A stretch of 64,000 bases of DNA from Trypanosoma brucei (lineage: Eukaryota). The first letter of the stretch is position 1. Each line of letters begins with the position of its first letter. This document shows, in pieces, positions 8,688-19,585 of this stretch. Where the stretch lies: contig AE017150.2 of assembly GCA_000002445.1 (NCBI GenBank), positions 960,001-1,024,000 of the forward strand. Reading direction: 5' to 3'. The position numbers and the translations under genes are program-made. Under the pieces are notes generated by a model, which was given only the letters and a program-made list of their open reading frames with translations, searched no databases and had not been told where the DNA came from.

Positions 8688-11576
8688 CTAACGGGGCTGG
8701 TTGGCACGCGCTCGAAGCTCGGCTTCGGCGTCTTTCAACATTTTCGTCGCGTCGTTCAGAAGTCGGGTTTGTTCCTGCACGTAGCGCTTTAACCTATTTT
8801 TCTTTTCAGGATCTTCCTCGTGCTTGAGGCGTTCGATGCCTTCCTTATTCGCAGCCATTACGTACTTTACGAATCGTGTCACGGATCCGTTACGAAGCGG
8901 ATAGTTGTAGGTGGAATGCATTTTGCGGTGCAGCTCGAGGAGATTCTCTACAATCTCCTTGCCGTTGACCTCTTCATCGCTTTCGTCAGCCGTGGAGAGA
9001 CTCAACAGAAAGCATGTATGGGAAGGGCCACCGAGTACGAGATGAAAAAGCATGCAGTACTCATTCTTCACACGCGATATGGCAGAATCGTACGGGTGCG
9101 TGCCACTCCCAGAGGAGGCAAATACAAGTGAAGAGAGCAAAACATCACACGTACTCTCACCCGACTCTGTTCTTACTATACGGCTTTGCTTGACAAGAAG
9201 GAGGGCGACCAGGACACCACCCGTCATGGTGGAGAGAATTGGATCTGTACTGGCACGGCTTAACGCCTTGTTTAGGGACTCATCAAATGCCATGCTGGAC
9301 GTAACTTTGGTGTACCGCAACTGTGGAATACGCGGGCCATAAATCGGAGATGGCTGTACTTGCATCGTCTCAAACCTGCCACCGTTCAGGTCAAAAAGGT
9401 CTTTCACTTTGTCATCATGGAAAAACCCGAGAGCTGAAGTTACGCTCACGATGGAGTCAGCCGTTGTTTGACACCGCTGCAACACGCCGCGCACAATGCG
9501 AGTAAGATATGGCCACACAGGTGATCGAAACAGCATGTCGGAATTTGGCGCCTCCACGGAAAGCACAGAAGCGTTGTAGCCGTCACACACGGCATCCTTG
9601 ACACCGTTCAGAGTGGTAGAGTAAAAGTTCGTGCTACTGGGGTTGCGGATGACCACTTCATGGGCTTCATGCTTTGACCCACGGTAGCTAATGTTGTTTC
9701 CCTCGACCAAAAGCGGGGTTGAGGTGGACGGCACCTTCTCCACCAGTACAACTGTTTTTATACGGTTCGTTTTAAGGTCTTTCGGATGCCGCTGTTCCTC
9801 GTTTGTCCGCGTCCTTCGTTGACTTTCCTTGATGCTGGCGGTCTCTGTGACAGGTGTTGCACCGTCCGCCGCACGCGTATTCCCATCACAGAGGAGCTCC
9901 CCCTGAGAGCCTGGAGACTGGGTACGAGCAATATCCGGTCCACACCCGGTGCACCCATCCGTCGCCAGCTTCCCCCTTATGTCGGACTCCCCTGCTTGCA
10001 TGTGCGACCCTCGGTTCGTGTTTGGCCGCAAGCTCGCAAATTTTTCACCACCACCGGCCGTTTCCTCATTCGACGTCGGATGCAGCACATCACATGCTTC
10101 AGAAACCTGATTTCGCCGCGGCCGGTTGGTGTCGTGCGGGACTCCGGTGGAGTTTCTCGTATTTAAGATATCACCCTCAAGACTATCTTGAACTTCCTCC
10201 GCCTCTGGAAACTCAGCAATGGAAATATTAACCGCGTTAACACCACGCGGCCGGTGCAAAGAGGAACTCCGTTTCAAGAAAGGTCGCCTGTGGCGCCCGT
10301 ACGTGTTTGAGGTTTCGCCTTTACTTGCCACACTTGTTTGTTCTTGTGTATCCTCGGTGCCTTCCCCAAATGCGGACCCCACGCGCGCCAGTGGGTGCAC
10401 AACCTCCCCAACAGTCCTTGATAGCGGAATATCTAACGCCACGTTGTTGCTTTCTGCGGTTATAATCGTGCGACTCGACCCATCACTCACTGTCTCAACG
10501 ATTGCTCGGGTCGCTTCACACACAGGGGATGCATGCCCCTCCATGATGTGAAAATCTTCCGCGTCAGCAAGATCATAACTTGCCGGACTCTTAGTGCGAG
10601 CCTGCCGAGCATCAACTGCGAACGGGCTGTTCTTCCTGACGGGAGCCCCCTCTCTAGGATGGAGGGAGTGGGACTTGCCAGCGAACTTTTCTGCAATTCG
10701 CGATCCCAACGCTTGTGGAGGTTTCGCTTCACCCAGACCATTAGCCGACATCGTTGCTTCCCCGGCCACTGAAAATTTCCGGCCGACTTCGGATCGCGCG
10801 GGCTCCTTGGAAACACCACCGTCGATACCGTACAACGATTTTGAAACTTGTACGTAGTTGCTGGAGTTTGACCAGCTCAGTTGAGAAGGGCGGCGGAAGA
10901 ATCCCACCTGTGATGGCACCCGCCCGCGGTCTCGTCGGCTGCTGAACAGTTTTTGCACCGGCATTGAATCTTGGTAACCGCGGTACATGGAACCCCCGTC
11001 AACGGCCCCAAACCCGGAAGCACCGAAACTGCGGTAGCCACTACCCATCATGCCGTAAGTGGCGAAGTTTCCGTACTGCGAGGCACGGCACATCCCGGAA
11101 AAGCTGCTCTCCCGCTGGCCATATCCTCCGGCGCGGCTCATAAGAAAGCTGTTGTTGGGTAACCGTACCCCACTTCCGCACGATCTGCAACTCATGCTCC
11201 TCTGCGAGCCGTACTTATGACCATGGGGCCAAGTGCCTCCTTCGTGTGGAGGTCCGTGGGAGATATCATAATCCCCCGGAACAAAGCCTGTTTGGCAACC
11301 ATCCCTAAAACTTTGTCTTCGGAAACTCATTTTCTCTTTATTGTGCTCTTTTCTTTTCCTTGTTCGCTTCGCGGGGCCTCCAACTGGACTTCCCTTAGCG
11401 TTACCTTTTTTCTCCGTCGAAGCGTATGTGAAGTGGCGGTTGCACCTCTTGCTATACCCTATGAAAAAGGAAAAGATGCCGAAGAATACCAGACGTGCGA
11501 GAACTAGCAAGAGAGAAGCAGTTCCTACCAGCTCCAGACCGACAACGATCCGTGGTCGCACTACGTCAGTTTCCAT
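8688..11576 (-). CDS. Pseudo-kinesin family protein, paralog 1 (about 962 aa from the ATG at complement 11574-11576). It has a disordered Ser/Gly/Arg-rich N-terminal two-thirds and one degenerate kinesin-motor-like domain at the C-terminus.
   Basis: C-terminal block VLLSSLVFASSGSG ... MLFHLVLGGPSHTCFLLSLSTADESDEE ... LRNGSVTRFV aligns to the kinesin switch II and C-terminal motor consensus (LVDLAGSE ... LQDSLGGNsKT...SP ... RAKxIkN). No GxxxxGKT P-loop. Same family signature as the palindrome genes. The start could alternatively be a downstream Met (MSFRRQ). Confidence 0.7.
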   Translation of the reverse strand: METDVVRPRIVVGLELVGTASLLLVLARLVFFGIFSFFIGYSKRCNRHFTYASTEKKGNAKGSPVGGPAKRTRKRKEHNKEKMSFRRQSFRDGCQTGFVPGDYDISHGPPHEGGTWPHGHKYGSQRSMSCRSCGSGVRLPNNSFLMSRAGGYGQRESSFSGMCRASQYGNFATYGMMGSGYRSFGASGFGAVDGGSMYRGYQDSMPVQKLFSSRRDRGRVPSQVGFFRRPSQLSWSNSSNYVQVSKSLYGIDGGVSKEPARSEVGRKFSVAGEATMSANGLGEAKPPQALGSRIAEKFAGKSHSLHPREGAPVRKNSPFAVDARQARTKSPASYDLADAEDFHIMEGHASPVCEATRAIVETVSDGSSRTIITAESNNVALDIPLSRTVGEVVHPLARVGSAFGEGTEDTQEQTSVASKGETSNTYGRHRRPFLKRSSSLHRPRGVNAVNISIAEFPEAEEVQDSLEGDILNTRNSTGVPHDTNRPRRNQVSEACDVLHPTSNEETAGGGEKFASLRPNTNRGSHMQAGESDIRGKLATDGCTGCGPDIARTQSPGSQGELLCDGNTRAADGATPVTETASIKESQRRTRTNEEQRHPKDLKTNRIKTVVLVEKVPSTSTPLLVEGNNISYRGSKHEAHEVVIRNPSSTNFYSTTLNGVKDAVCDGYNASVLSVEAPNSDMLFRSPVWPYLTRIVRGVLQRCQTTADSIVSVTSALGFFHDDKVKDLFDLNGGRFETMQVQPSPIYGPRIPQLRYTKVTSSMAFDESLNKALSRASTDPILSTMTGGVLVALLLVKQSRIVRTESGESTCDVLLSSLVFASSGSGTHPYDSAISRVKNEYCMLFHLVLGGPSHTCFLLSLSTADESDEEVNGKEIVENLLELHRKMHSTYNYPLRNGSVTRFVKYVMAANKEGIERLKHEEDPEKKNRLKRYVQEQTRLLNDATKMLKDAEAELRARANQPR

Positions 11577-11862
11577 AAAATAACTTCGGAGCTGCACTCA
11601 GCAAAGACATGCGAAATGTTGCACTGACTCACCAACAGTTATACACCAAAGGTGATGCAACAAATGCGTGTCCGTCTGCGCGGGTACACCGCCACTGCAC
11701 CAGGTCCACTTCCACCCGCGAAGGCAGTACTTTGGTTTGTGTTGCCCCAACGGCATGCATGAATCCTTCATCCCAAATACCCCTACCACGGCACACCACC
11801 TTCTCTAGAGAAAGAGGTATCATCGGTCTGGGGTGCGTGCGGCTCGTCATACCACCACACAC

Positions 11863-12309
11863 TCACTCAAGCACACACGCACGCATACCTCGCGTGGTGC
11901 CACTCCCTCTTCCTCGCGTCCTTTCTGTGTGAAATGGAGCGGGCCATGCACGCGGTGGGCATGGAGAGTGATGCAGGGGCATCAACACTAGTATAATGTT
12001 GGGCTCACTTCCATTTGCCTCGGCAGCAGCCCACAGGTCCCCCTTAGGTATAATAAAACGACGTCTGGCTAACCGTATCAACTTCTGACTTGCTGTGTCC
12101 ACTATCCACTCAAGTTCCCCTTTCCGTTGCTGGATTTTAAACGCCTTCAACACACTGTTGAAAATCTCCACCTCGTCGGAAACTTGTCCCTTCCCTATAG
12201 ATGGCGTTAGCAGCTTCGTTCCACAATCTTTGCATTCCCACCACATCTCCGGTACACGCAGATGGTTGCACGGTGGCTGGTTGTGGCACCCACAGCTATG
12301 GTCTATCAT
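11863..12309 (-). CDS. Hypothetical Cys/His-rich small protein of about 148 aa from the first ATG (ORF-track entry starts at TTG)
   Basis: Motif DHSCGCHNQPPCNHL...WWECKDCGTKL suggests a zinc-binding module. Same strand as the neighbouring minus-strand cluster. Confidence 0.3.
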   Translation of the reverse strand: MIDHSCGCHNQPPCNHLRVPEMWWECKDCGTKLLTPSIGKGQVSDEVEIFNSVLKAFKIQQRKGELEWIVDTASQKLIRLARRRFIIPKGDLWAAAEANGSEPNIILVLMPLHHSPCPPRAWPAPFHTERTRGRGSGTTRGMRACVLE

Positions 12310-14363
12310 ACCGGTATGAACGGTGCCGAGTTTTTCCTGCTCTTCAATGTTATGTGCTGGTTCACGACGTCTGCAACGCCAGTGGCAAGGAAAGTCCACT
12401 AGCCTGATTGCCGCTGTCGTTCTTGCTGGCCTGCCCCAGCGCAAGGGGGAATGCAACGAAATCAGCCGCCTCTACTGTCTTTAACATCCCATTCGCACGC
12501 ACTTTCACGCACCCGAGGTTCCATAACCTTTAAATTGCGTCGCCAGAAACCCTAGGACTGAATATGGGAGAAAAACCGAGCGTGGTACATCTGTGCGTGG
12601 CGTCTGGTTGAAGAAAGCCCATCGCTTCTGTACCTTTTTGAAGCTCGTCTCTGCTATGGTAATATCAAAGGTGGAGATCCCTTGTTCCGCAGCTCTAATG
12701 GAAGGTAAGAAAAGCCTTATACACACATCTTTGCCGCAGCTGCGTCATCTTCCTCCAACAGCCCAACAAGTGATGTGGAGTTGTGACCCGCCGGCCGTTG
12801 GAGCAGATGGACCTCATCCAAGACACATTGATCAAGCACCTCGCTTTATTGCAGGTTTTCATCAAGCCTGTGATATCTTCCAAATACCACTAGCACAGTT
12901 ACGAATGTTTTTCTGGCCAACGTCGGGCCCTCAACCGTTTCGGCTCTGATGATCGCTAACATGTGTGTCCCATCTCCAAATGCGCTGTCCACGCCCCTCA
13001 CCTCCACCTTAATATTTGGCGCATGCGCCTTTACCTCCTAAGAGCCGCGCAGTAAACAATCGACAACTGAGCCAGTCATCGCCTCTTGGACCCCAAGAAA
13101 TTGAAAGGGATTGTGCTCCAGAGGACGTGCCAAAGGACGGGAGGAGCTCACGACTGGGGCTGCACGTATTGTTTGTTTGGTGCAGACAGTCCAACATCGG
13201 GAGAAAAAAAACAGCACCGACATTCCTTGACCAGGCCCCTTGTTTTTCCCGGCCTCCCGCTTCAAACCGACATGCATGAACGGACTTGTCGCGCAAACTA
13301 TGTATCTAACAGTTCCATCTACAAGCGCCCTACTGCTGAAACAGTCCAAAACTAGCTCTCAAGCGTCGAGCATTGAAGTGACGCTGCAGTCACTCGCACC
13401 AAGGAACAACACAAAAAAGCAATCGTACTACGCGCGAAGCTGAAGTTCGGGCAGTATATTCGTCAATTTGAACCACAGATGGGACGGCTATCTTCGAGAT
13501 AAAAGGGCTACAAACCAAGTGTGGAATACCTTCGCAAAGAAAACTATAGTCCAACCCGTGGGTGGCGGCACAAAAGAGTCAATAAAAATAGCCTTACAGA
13601 TAGCGGGTTCATTCGACAAGCCCCCAAAGAATAGCACGCTACAATCTATCCACCACGTCGGACTAAGAACCTTCGTTGGGAACGAATTTATGAGCGTTGT
13701 GTCATTTTTCCAAATGGTACCGTTCAAAAAAAAAACTGCATTCCAAGTTGATTTTTTTTACAAAGTTGCTTATGCGCATGTAACCAACGGAACCCACACC
13801 TTGCCTTCGTGAGCCTGCCAGCTTTGACAGGACCTTGTCTACCGTTAAGATGAGGAAAGGGAAGAGAGTCGCGAGGTCACATTACAGGAGCTCCAGTATA
13901 CGCTAGCATCGGCTCAATCCCAGCGAGTCTGACATGGTCGAATAAAACACTGCATTTTTTCCCAAACACGCGAATGACGGTACCCCACGCGTGGGTTATG
14001 ATTGGGACAAACAACAAATTGAAAGATGTACCGGCACAATTGAGCCTCATCAGGCAGAGAGGAGAAACAAAAATAAAAAAAATAGATTAATTAATGGAAT
14101 AACGATGAAGGGCTTTAGCGCCCACAATGGTGCCAGCCATCTGACTGCAGCAGCTACTATGAGTCCTTGTGCATAAAGGAATGACTGTGAAGAAAGTTTG
14201 TACAAAATAAAATATCCTCTTCCATCCCCAAGCACTGGACGATTGGACCCTCCATTATAGGCAAATACAAAACAAAACAAAGTCCTACGGGGAAGGGCAG
14301 TTAACATACTCAAGCATGAACTAAAAATAGAACAGAATATAGCAAACCCAGCTTTGCAAGGTA

Positions 14364-14383
14364 ATATATATATATATATATAT
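14364..14383. repeat. (AT)10 microsatellite, with a mirrored copy at 60329-60348
   Basis: Direct reading. Confidence 0.8.
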
Positions 14384-14912
14384 GAGGAAGACGACATTTC
14401 GTTCATTCGTTTCGGCACCACACGGGTCTACACACAGATCCCCCGTGGGTGCTGTTGTGAGGACCGCAGCGAGGGCCTGAGCGCCGCGAACGGTAGTTTG
14501 GTATTCGGTATACACCCATAAACCCCTTTGAAAACATAAATAATGCCTACCGACCCTGGAATTTGGACCTTCGTTTTCATTCTTTCTTGTTTGCGTGCGC
14601 TACCTCCTTATACGGCAAGCGCGCAAAAGTTATCAACACCCAAGAAAATGGGACTCGCGTGCACAGCGCAGTTGGTCACGACAGCACCGAAATAGTTCCT
14701 ACTGTGGACACTGGTTTGCGTCACCAGAAAGTTCAAAGATTGTGGTGAATCTAACTCTCGCGACTCCTACGATTTCGCCTCCGCGCGTGCACACTAGTTC
14801 GCTTTGCTTAATGCAGCAACGAACGAACACATACGCACATCCACCTACTAACACTTGTTTGGGCCTCAACCCTGTTCTCATTTGCCGCCTATGAATGCGG
14901 GTGGAGTGAAAC

Positions 14913-17207
14913 TTAAACAATGAGGTATCCCTTGGGCGCTGTGGTAATCGGATTAGCCAGCATCTCCTCCGCATCCCTTACTATCGACTCCATACGGCTT
15001 ACCAGTCTCGCCGTGGGCTCCTTCCCGGTGCTGTCCATATCCTTCATCTTCTCCTGCTGTCTGTTTATCTCCTTTTTCGCTGATTCCACACACCGAAGCA
15101 CACTACCGATCCGCGGTGGAGTGTTTTTCACTTCCCGCATCCTGCGTTCGACGTCGAGACTGTCGCTAGCGCCCGTGTCACATTGAGAGAGAATCAGGGT
15201 GGAAACTGTAACACTGCCGCCACCGATCGCGTATCGGAACAGCCGGTGTGGCTCGGACGTGTCCTTCTCCTTCAACGCGGCAAACCGCGAGACCTCTTCC
15301 TTAGCGAGCCCAATGCATAACGAAGAGAGGTATACATCCCCACCGTTGGCAGTTTTCTTCAGTTGTTTCAGGACGAAAAAACCGACGATGAGGTGCTTTG
15401 GATTATCAACGAGTTGCATAGCACTGTTAAACACCTCCATACACTCCTTAGAGGAGGTTGCCTTCTTCGTTTTCATCCCAAGCAAACACGGCCCGTACAC
15501 GGGATTGGATGCAAGCTGCACCCTTTCGTAGCCTTTCTTCTCAGTGTCGAGGAGATCAAGAATGCGGTCAGAGGATTCCATCATACCCAGCGTTATAGTT
15601 ACGTCGAAATACTTGCACTTCTCCTTGGCGCCTTCCACACTCTCAAGGCACCTTTGGAGAAAATCACCCGCAAAAGTCACCGATGTATCTCCACAGTTCC
15701 TCCCAGCCCCCACAAGCAGTGCAGAGGTACGGCCAGCTATCCAGTTCAGTCGGAGGTCGTTGAGTAACACAGAGTTCACATATGCCGACGCCTCGCTACG
15801 CTCAAGGCACTCATCGTTAACATGCTCCTCTTCTCCCCCATCGCTCCGTCTGAAGACCACCGTCCGAGGGTCCTTCACAGTCACAACTACCTTATCTGAG
15901 GGTCCCTCATCCTTATCGAGAATGACGAGCGAGTGAATGTTGTAGTTTTCGAGTACAAGGGTCTGTGCACTCGAGTCATCACCGGCAGGGGAACACTCAC
16001 TCTGGGAAGCAAGGGATCTCCCAGGGGAAGCCAGCACAGGTTTCAGCTCATCCGCAGACCGGCCCTCACCACCACATTTGGCCGCCCCGACGGCTACAAC
16101 ATTCCCACCACGCAGTCCACTTCTCTGCAGCGGCACGTGGTCCTTGATGGTTGCGATGACGGGGCACAAACTGGTCCTCAATGGTGATGGCACACGACCC
16201 ACTCCGTTGCCATATATGCTCCCCATCTGTGAGATACCATTACGGTTCCCATAAGAAGAATCATGCACCGCTGAGCCACATACTCCCGTGTCTGAGGTTC
16301 CGGGAACAAAGCAACGAAAACTGAGGGCGTAACCACATCCACCATAGATACTTTCTCCCGCGGCGGATGCATGCAGGTCACCGAGCTCCCTTTGGCTATG
16401 GAATGACCCTTGCTGCTGGAATGAGTTCCTCCGTTGAGGCAAGTGCCCAGCAAGCCTCCCTGGCAACGACGGAAAAGCATGACCCTCCCCATACACTGAG
16501 TAAGGGAGGGGGTTGGACACGTCACCCAGAGCAGGTCCGTGCACACTTTCACACACTGCCCCCTCATGTGCGCTCGTTCCCGTGGTATGTTGACGCACGC
16601 GTCCGCCACGCGCAAACCCGTCGAGAGCGTATCCACACACACTCCGTGCCCCACAACCAGTGGCGACAATCCCTCTGCCCCCGGAGGGAAACTGCCCTTG
16701 AAACAAACTCGGCGGCGGCGGAACAGCTGGGGGGTAGCCGGCCATCCTCCCCTGCAGCGGTGGGAAGACACAGCCTCCATTTCTTGCTGATGGATAAAAT
16801 GCGTTAGATGCAGACCCCGTCGGCGCGACACCATACGTATACCCGCCCATTGTCCCCCAATAGGCACCCCCTCCTGCGGCAGGCTCCTGCATGTTTCCCA
16901 TGACTCCCTGTCCCTGGAACAACCCCTGTCTTTGAGGTGGTACGGTGTTGCGGCTGCCCAATTGACCATTCGGTGGTGAGATCGGGATCACCTGACCCAA
17001 GCCGCTCGTGGGGGCTGGTGGTCGAGTGGCGGATGGTTGGGAGGTCTGAGCAGTGTCAACGGTTACAAGGTTCTGTGTGTGTGTAGTTCCTTCGCTCGCG
17101 CCACCACGTTTTTCCTCATTCTCTCCCATCTTCGACTTCGGTGCTGAACTTCTGCACTGAAGGATCGATCCTGTTGGTGCGGCGGCGGCTGCCTTTACCG
17201 TGGACAT
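14913..17207 (-). CDS. Pseudo-kinesin family protein, paralog 2 (764 aa, left-arm copy). It has a Gly/Tyr/Pro-rich N-terminal half and one degenerate kinesin-motor-like domain.
   Basis: ATG start confirmed (complement of 17205-17207). A purine-rich plus-strand stretch at 17305-17355 is the polypyrimidine tract on the coding strand. Motor-like blocks: KYFDVTITLGMMESSDRILDLLD (like YFEIY..IRDLL), VYLSSLCIGLAKEE (like LVDLAGSE), RLFRYAIGGGSVTVSTLILSQ (like LQDSLGGNsKT) and REVKNTPPRIGS (like RAKxIKNkPxvNe). The P-loop is replaced by GRTSALLVGAGRNCGDT. Confidence 0.8.
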   Translation of the reverse strand: MSTVKAAAAAPTGSILQCRSSAPKSKMGENEEKRGGASEGTTHTQNLVTVDTAQTSQPSATRPPAPTSGLGQVIPISPPNGQLGSRNTVPPQRQGLFQGQGVMGNMQEPAAGGGAYWGTMGGYTYGVAPTGSASNAFYPSARNGGCVFPPLQGRMAGYPPAVPPPPSLFQGQFPSGGRGIVATGCGARSVCGYALDGFARGGRVRQHTTGTSAHEGAVCESVHGPALGDVSNPLPYSVYGEGHAFPSLPGRLAGHLPQRRNSFQQQGSFHSQRELGDLHASAAGESIYGGCGYALSFRCFVPGTSDTGVCGSAVHDSSYGNRNGISQMGSIYGNGVGRVPSPLRTSLCPVIATIKDHVPLQRSGLRGGNVVAVGAAKCGGEGRSADELKPVLASPGRSLASQSECSPAGDDSSAQTLVLENYNIHSLVILDKDEGPSDKVVVTVKDPRTVVFRRSDGGEEEHVNDECLERSEASAYVNSVLLNDLRLNWIAGRTSALLVGAGRNCGDTSVTFAGDFLQRCLESVEGAKEKCKYFDVTITLGMMESSDRILDLLDTEKKGYERVQLASNPVYGPCLLGMKTKKATSSKECMEVFNSAMQLVDNPKHLIVGFFVLKQLKKTANGGDVYLSSLCIGLAKEEVSRFAALKEKDTSEPHRLFRYAIGGGSVTVSTLILSQCDTGASDSLDVERRMREVKNTPPRIGSVLRCVESAKKEINRQQEKMKDMDSTGKEPTARLVSRMESIVRDAEEMLANPITTAPKGYLIV

Positions 17208-18049
17208 TACAAATGCTTATCAGCACGTGGCCAAACCTGGGTGGCTTACACAACTTCCTCGTGTCACACGGAAATTTGCCTTACAATCTCACTCCTTGTT
17301 TGTACGGAGTAAACCAAAATATGGAAGAGGGAAGAGAAAAAAATCGCAAAAATCCTTTCATATCTGTGTGATTCAGTGGCAAGCCCATCATTGATAACCA
17401 CAGTACGCACAACCATAGCGGAAGGTAACGACAAACCATTTCACTACGCACAGCGGGGTAACGAGTGGGCCGTGGAGTTTAACACAGTGCCGCTGTCCAC
17501 GGCCACACAACCGTGATGGCATCACAGCCCTACAAACGGTATGATGACCATGAACATTCTAATCACACAAGGCCAGTAGAAGGAGGGGATAGGGCAACTC
17601 GCTGCGTAGTGACGGGACCTGTTGTACAGCCCGTAGGTTGCAACAAGTCGAGCAGCGGACGCTGTTACGTTGAAATGCGCCCCAACCAGTGATACTGGGT
17701 TGAATTGTTGTTTCAGTGTATCACACAAAGCAAGCACTTCCGGTCCACCCCGATGGTGTATAATGAGACGCTTGTTTGACTTCCCTAACCATAACGATAC
17801 TATGAGAGAAGGTACCGGGAAAAGAGATCAACAGGAAGCGATAAAGTTGAGCAGCACATGAAAACAATGCCCGACGGTCAGTGAGCACGCAACTGGGAGA
17901 GTAAAGTTTACCACCACACGCTCGGTAGCGTTTTAACCCTAAAAATACGCTGAATAAAAAAGGGAAGTAAAACGGGACAACTCGAATCAAAGAAACCAAT
18001 ACATGGGAATACGCACGTACAATGGGGAAGAAAAGAGGGGGAGAATAAA

Positions 18050-18073
18050 TAATAATAATAATAATAATAATAA
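18050..18073. repeat. (TAA)8 microsatellite. The mirrored copy at 56627-56662 is (TTA)12, an arm length polymorphism.
   Basis: The ORF-track poly-N runs have 9 versus 13 residues. This accounts for the 12 bp offset in outer-arm coordinate sums (74712 versus 74700). Confidence 0.85.
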
Positions 18074-18940
18074 CAAAGTATTGATAGAAATAGCAAATGG
18101 AAAGGGTTCCGAAAGAAAGGCAGTAGACATCACTAGGTGGACGGCACTAACATCTGGAGCAATGGTCAATCCACTTAATTCCCTAACTATGGGCAGCTGG
18201 CTGTATAGTGATTGGTTCAGAGGATTCGCTTCCACTCGACTCAAACACCTCTTGATATAGCTGCGAAGCTCACCATAAGCAACGTAGTTGCAACAGGCTG
18301 CAGTCATTTCACAATAAATAAATAAATAATCACAAGAAGGCACAATTAATAGCACAAACCACCGTCCTCCCTGGTAATGTTAATAAAGGAAGAGACGTAT
18401 AAAAGGGTTATGTACAAACGCGATGAGAATTTTGGGTCGAAGGAAATCAATATGCGAAGGGTATGGCGCTACATACAGGAGAACGCCCCCATAGGCAGTA
18501 CTTGGTGGCACTCGTTGTATGTTTGAAAGTGCAGAAGAAACACAACAAGGGAGCGGTGTGTAGGGTAATAGATATGCCAGGAAACACCAGGGTGTTTGGC
18601 ACCACAGTACAGCAACCCCCCCCCCCTCCCCAACTACCACCCGTTCATGTCAATCACTGTACGTTACTAGCCCATCATTCGCATGTATAACTTCCTGCTG
18701 CAGGAATTCACCTTCTTTTGCACTACTGTTAACTGGTTGTGAGCACACCTCTAAACTAGCCACAGGGTCCGTCGACAACTCCCCAACGGTCCTACCGAGA
18801 CGAGTACACACGCAAACACGGACGCATATGACCTATCGCTTACCTCAGAGCCTCTGTACGTGCAACGGTCGTTGTGCCCTTCCTATACTTCAAACCTCCT
18901 GGGGAGGCGGTCTGGAAAATAGCCGTCATTCACTACTTAC

Positions 18941-19585
18941 TTATGGCTTCCCATCGGTCGCGAAGGCCCGCCCAGTGCCATATAACTCTGTGTCCGTCTG
19001 CCGCAGCACGCACACATCTTCGGGCCTTTCTTCTCCCAGGCACACCATGTCCATTGGGTGCCACGGCTCGACTGGGACGCAGCACACCTCGACGTCGCCC
19101 CACACCCCACCTTCCTCCATTACCCGCTGACGGCGACTAGCCAGTGATCCGTAGTTGGTTCGCTCGCGCATTGGACCATTGGGCCGTTGCCGCAGTGGTT
19201 TATTTCCCAATACCCTTCGGCCTTCTTGACCGCGCAGGCCACAACTGAGCACCTTCTCGTCTCGGTTTGCCATGTCACCGTAATACTCACACAGAACGTC
19301 ACGGTCAGGATCATCTGTTCCCAGAAGGCAGCCCGACCCGGATAGCCCGACTCCGGTGCCTTGGCCACTCTCACGTCTTAAGGAGCTGCGGTGAATCATC
19401 AGGTCTTCCCACTCTTCCTCCGTCTGGGGTCCGCAGAACGACCTCCGGCGAGGGCCTATCCAACCCGCTGTCGAGATATCTTCAAACGTTCCGGGCTCCA
19501 TGGGCATTTCCACCCCCGTCGGAGGCATCACTGCCCAGTTGGAGGGTTCCATTGGGAGCACCAGCGGCTGAGAGTGCGGAAGCAT
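18941..19585 (-). CDS. Hypothetical protein of about 214 aa from the first ATG (left-arm copy; ORF-track entry starts at GTG)
   Basis: Sits between two minus-strand genes with spacing typical of such a cluster. Non-repetitive acidic/Pro-rich sequence. An overlapping plus-strand ORF of 140 aa was rejected on strand-consistency grounds. Confidence 0.35.
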   Translation of the reverse strand: MLPHSQPLVLPMEPSNWAVMPPTGVEMPMEPGTFEDISTAGWIGPRRRSFCGPQTEEEWEDLMIHRSSLRRESGQGTGVGLSGSGCLLGTDDPDRDVLCEYYGDMANRDEKVLSCGLRGQEGRRVLGNKPLRQRPNGPMRERTNYGSLASRRQRVMEEGGVWGDVEVCCVPVEPWHPMDMVCLGEERPEDVCVLRQTDTELYGTGRAFATDGKP

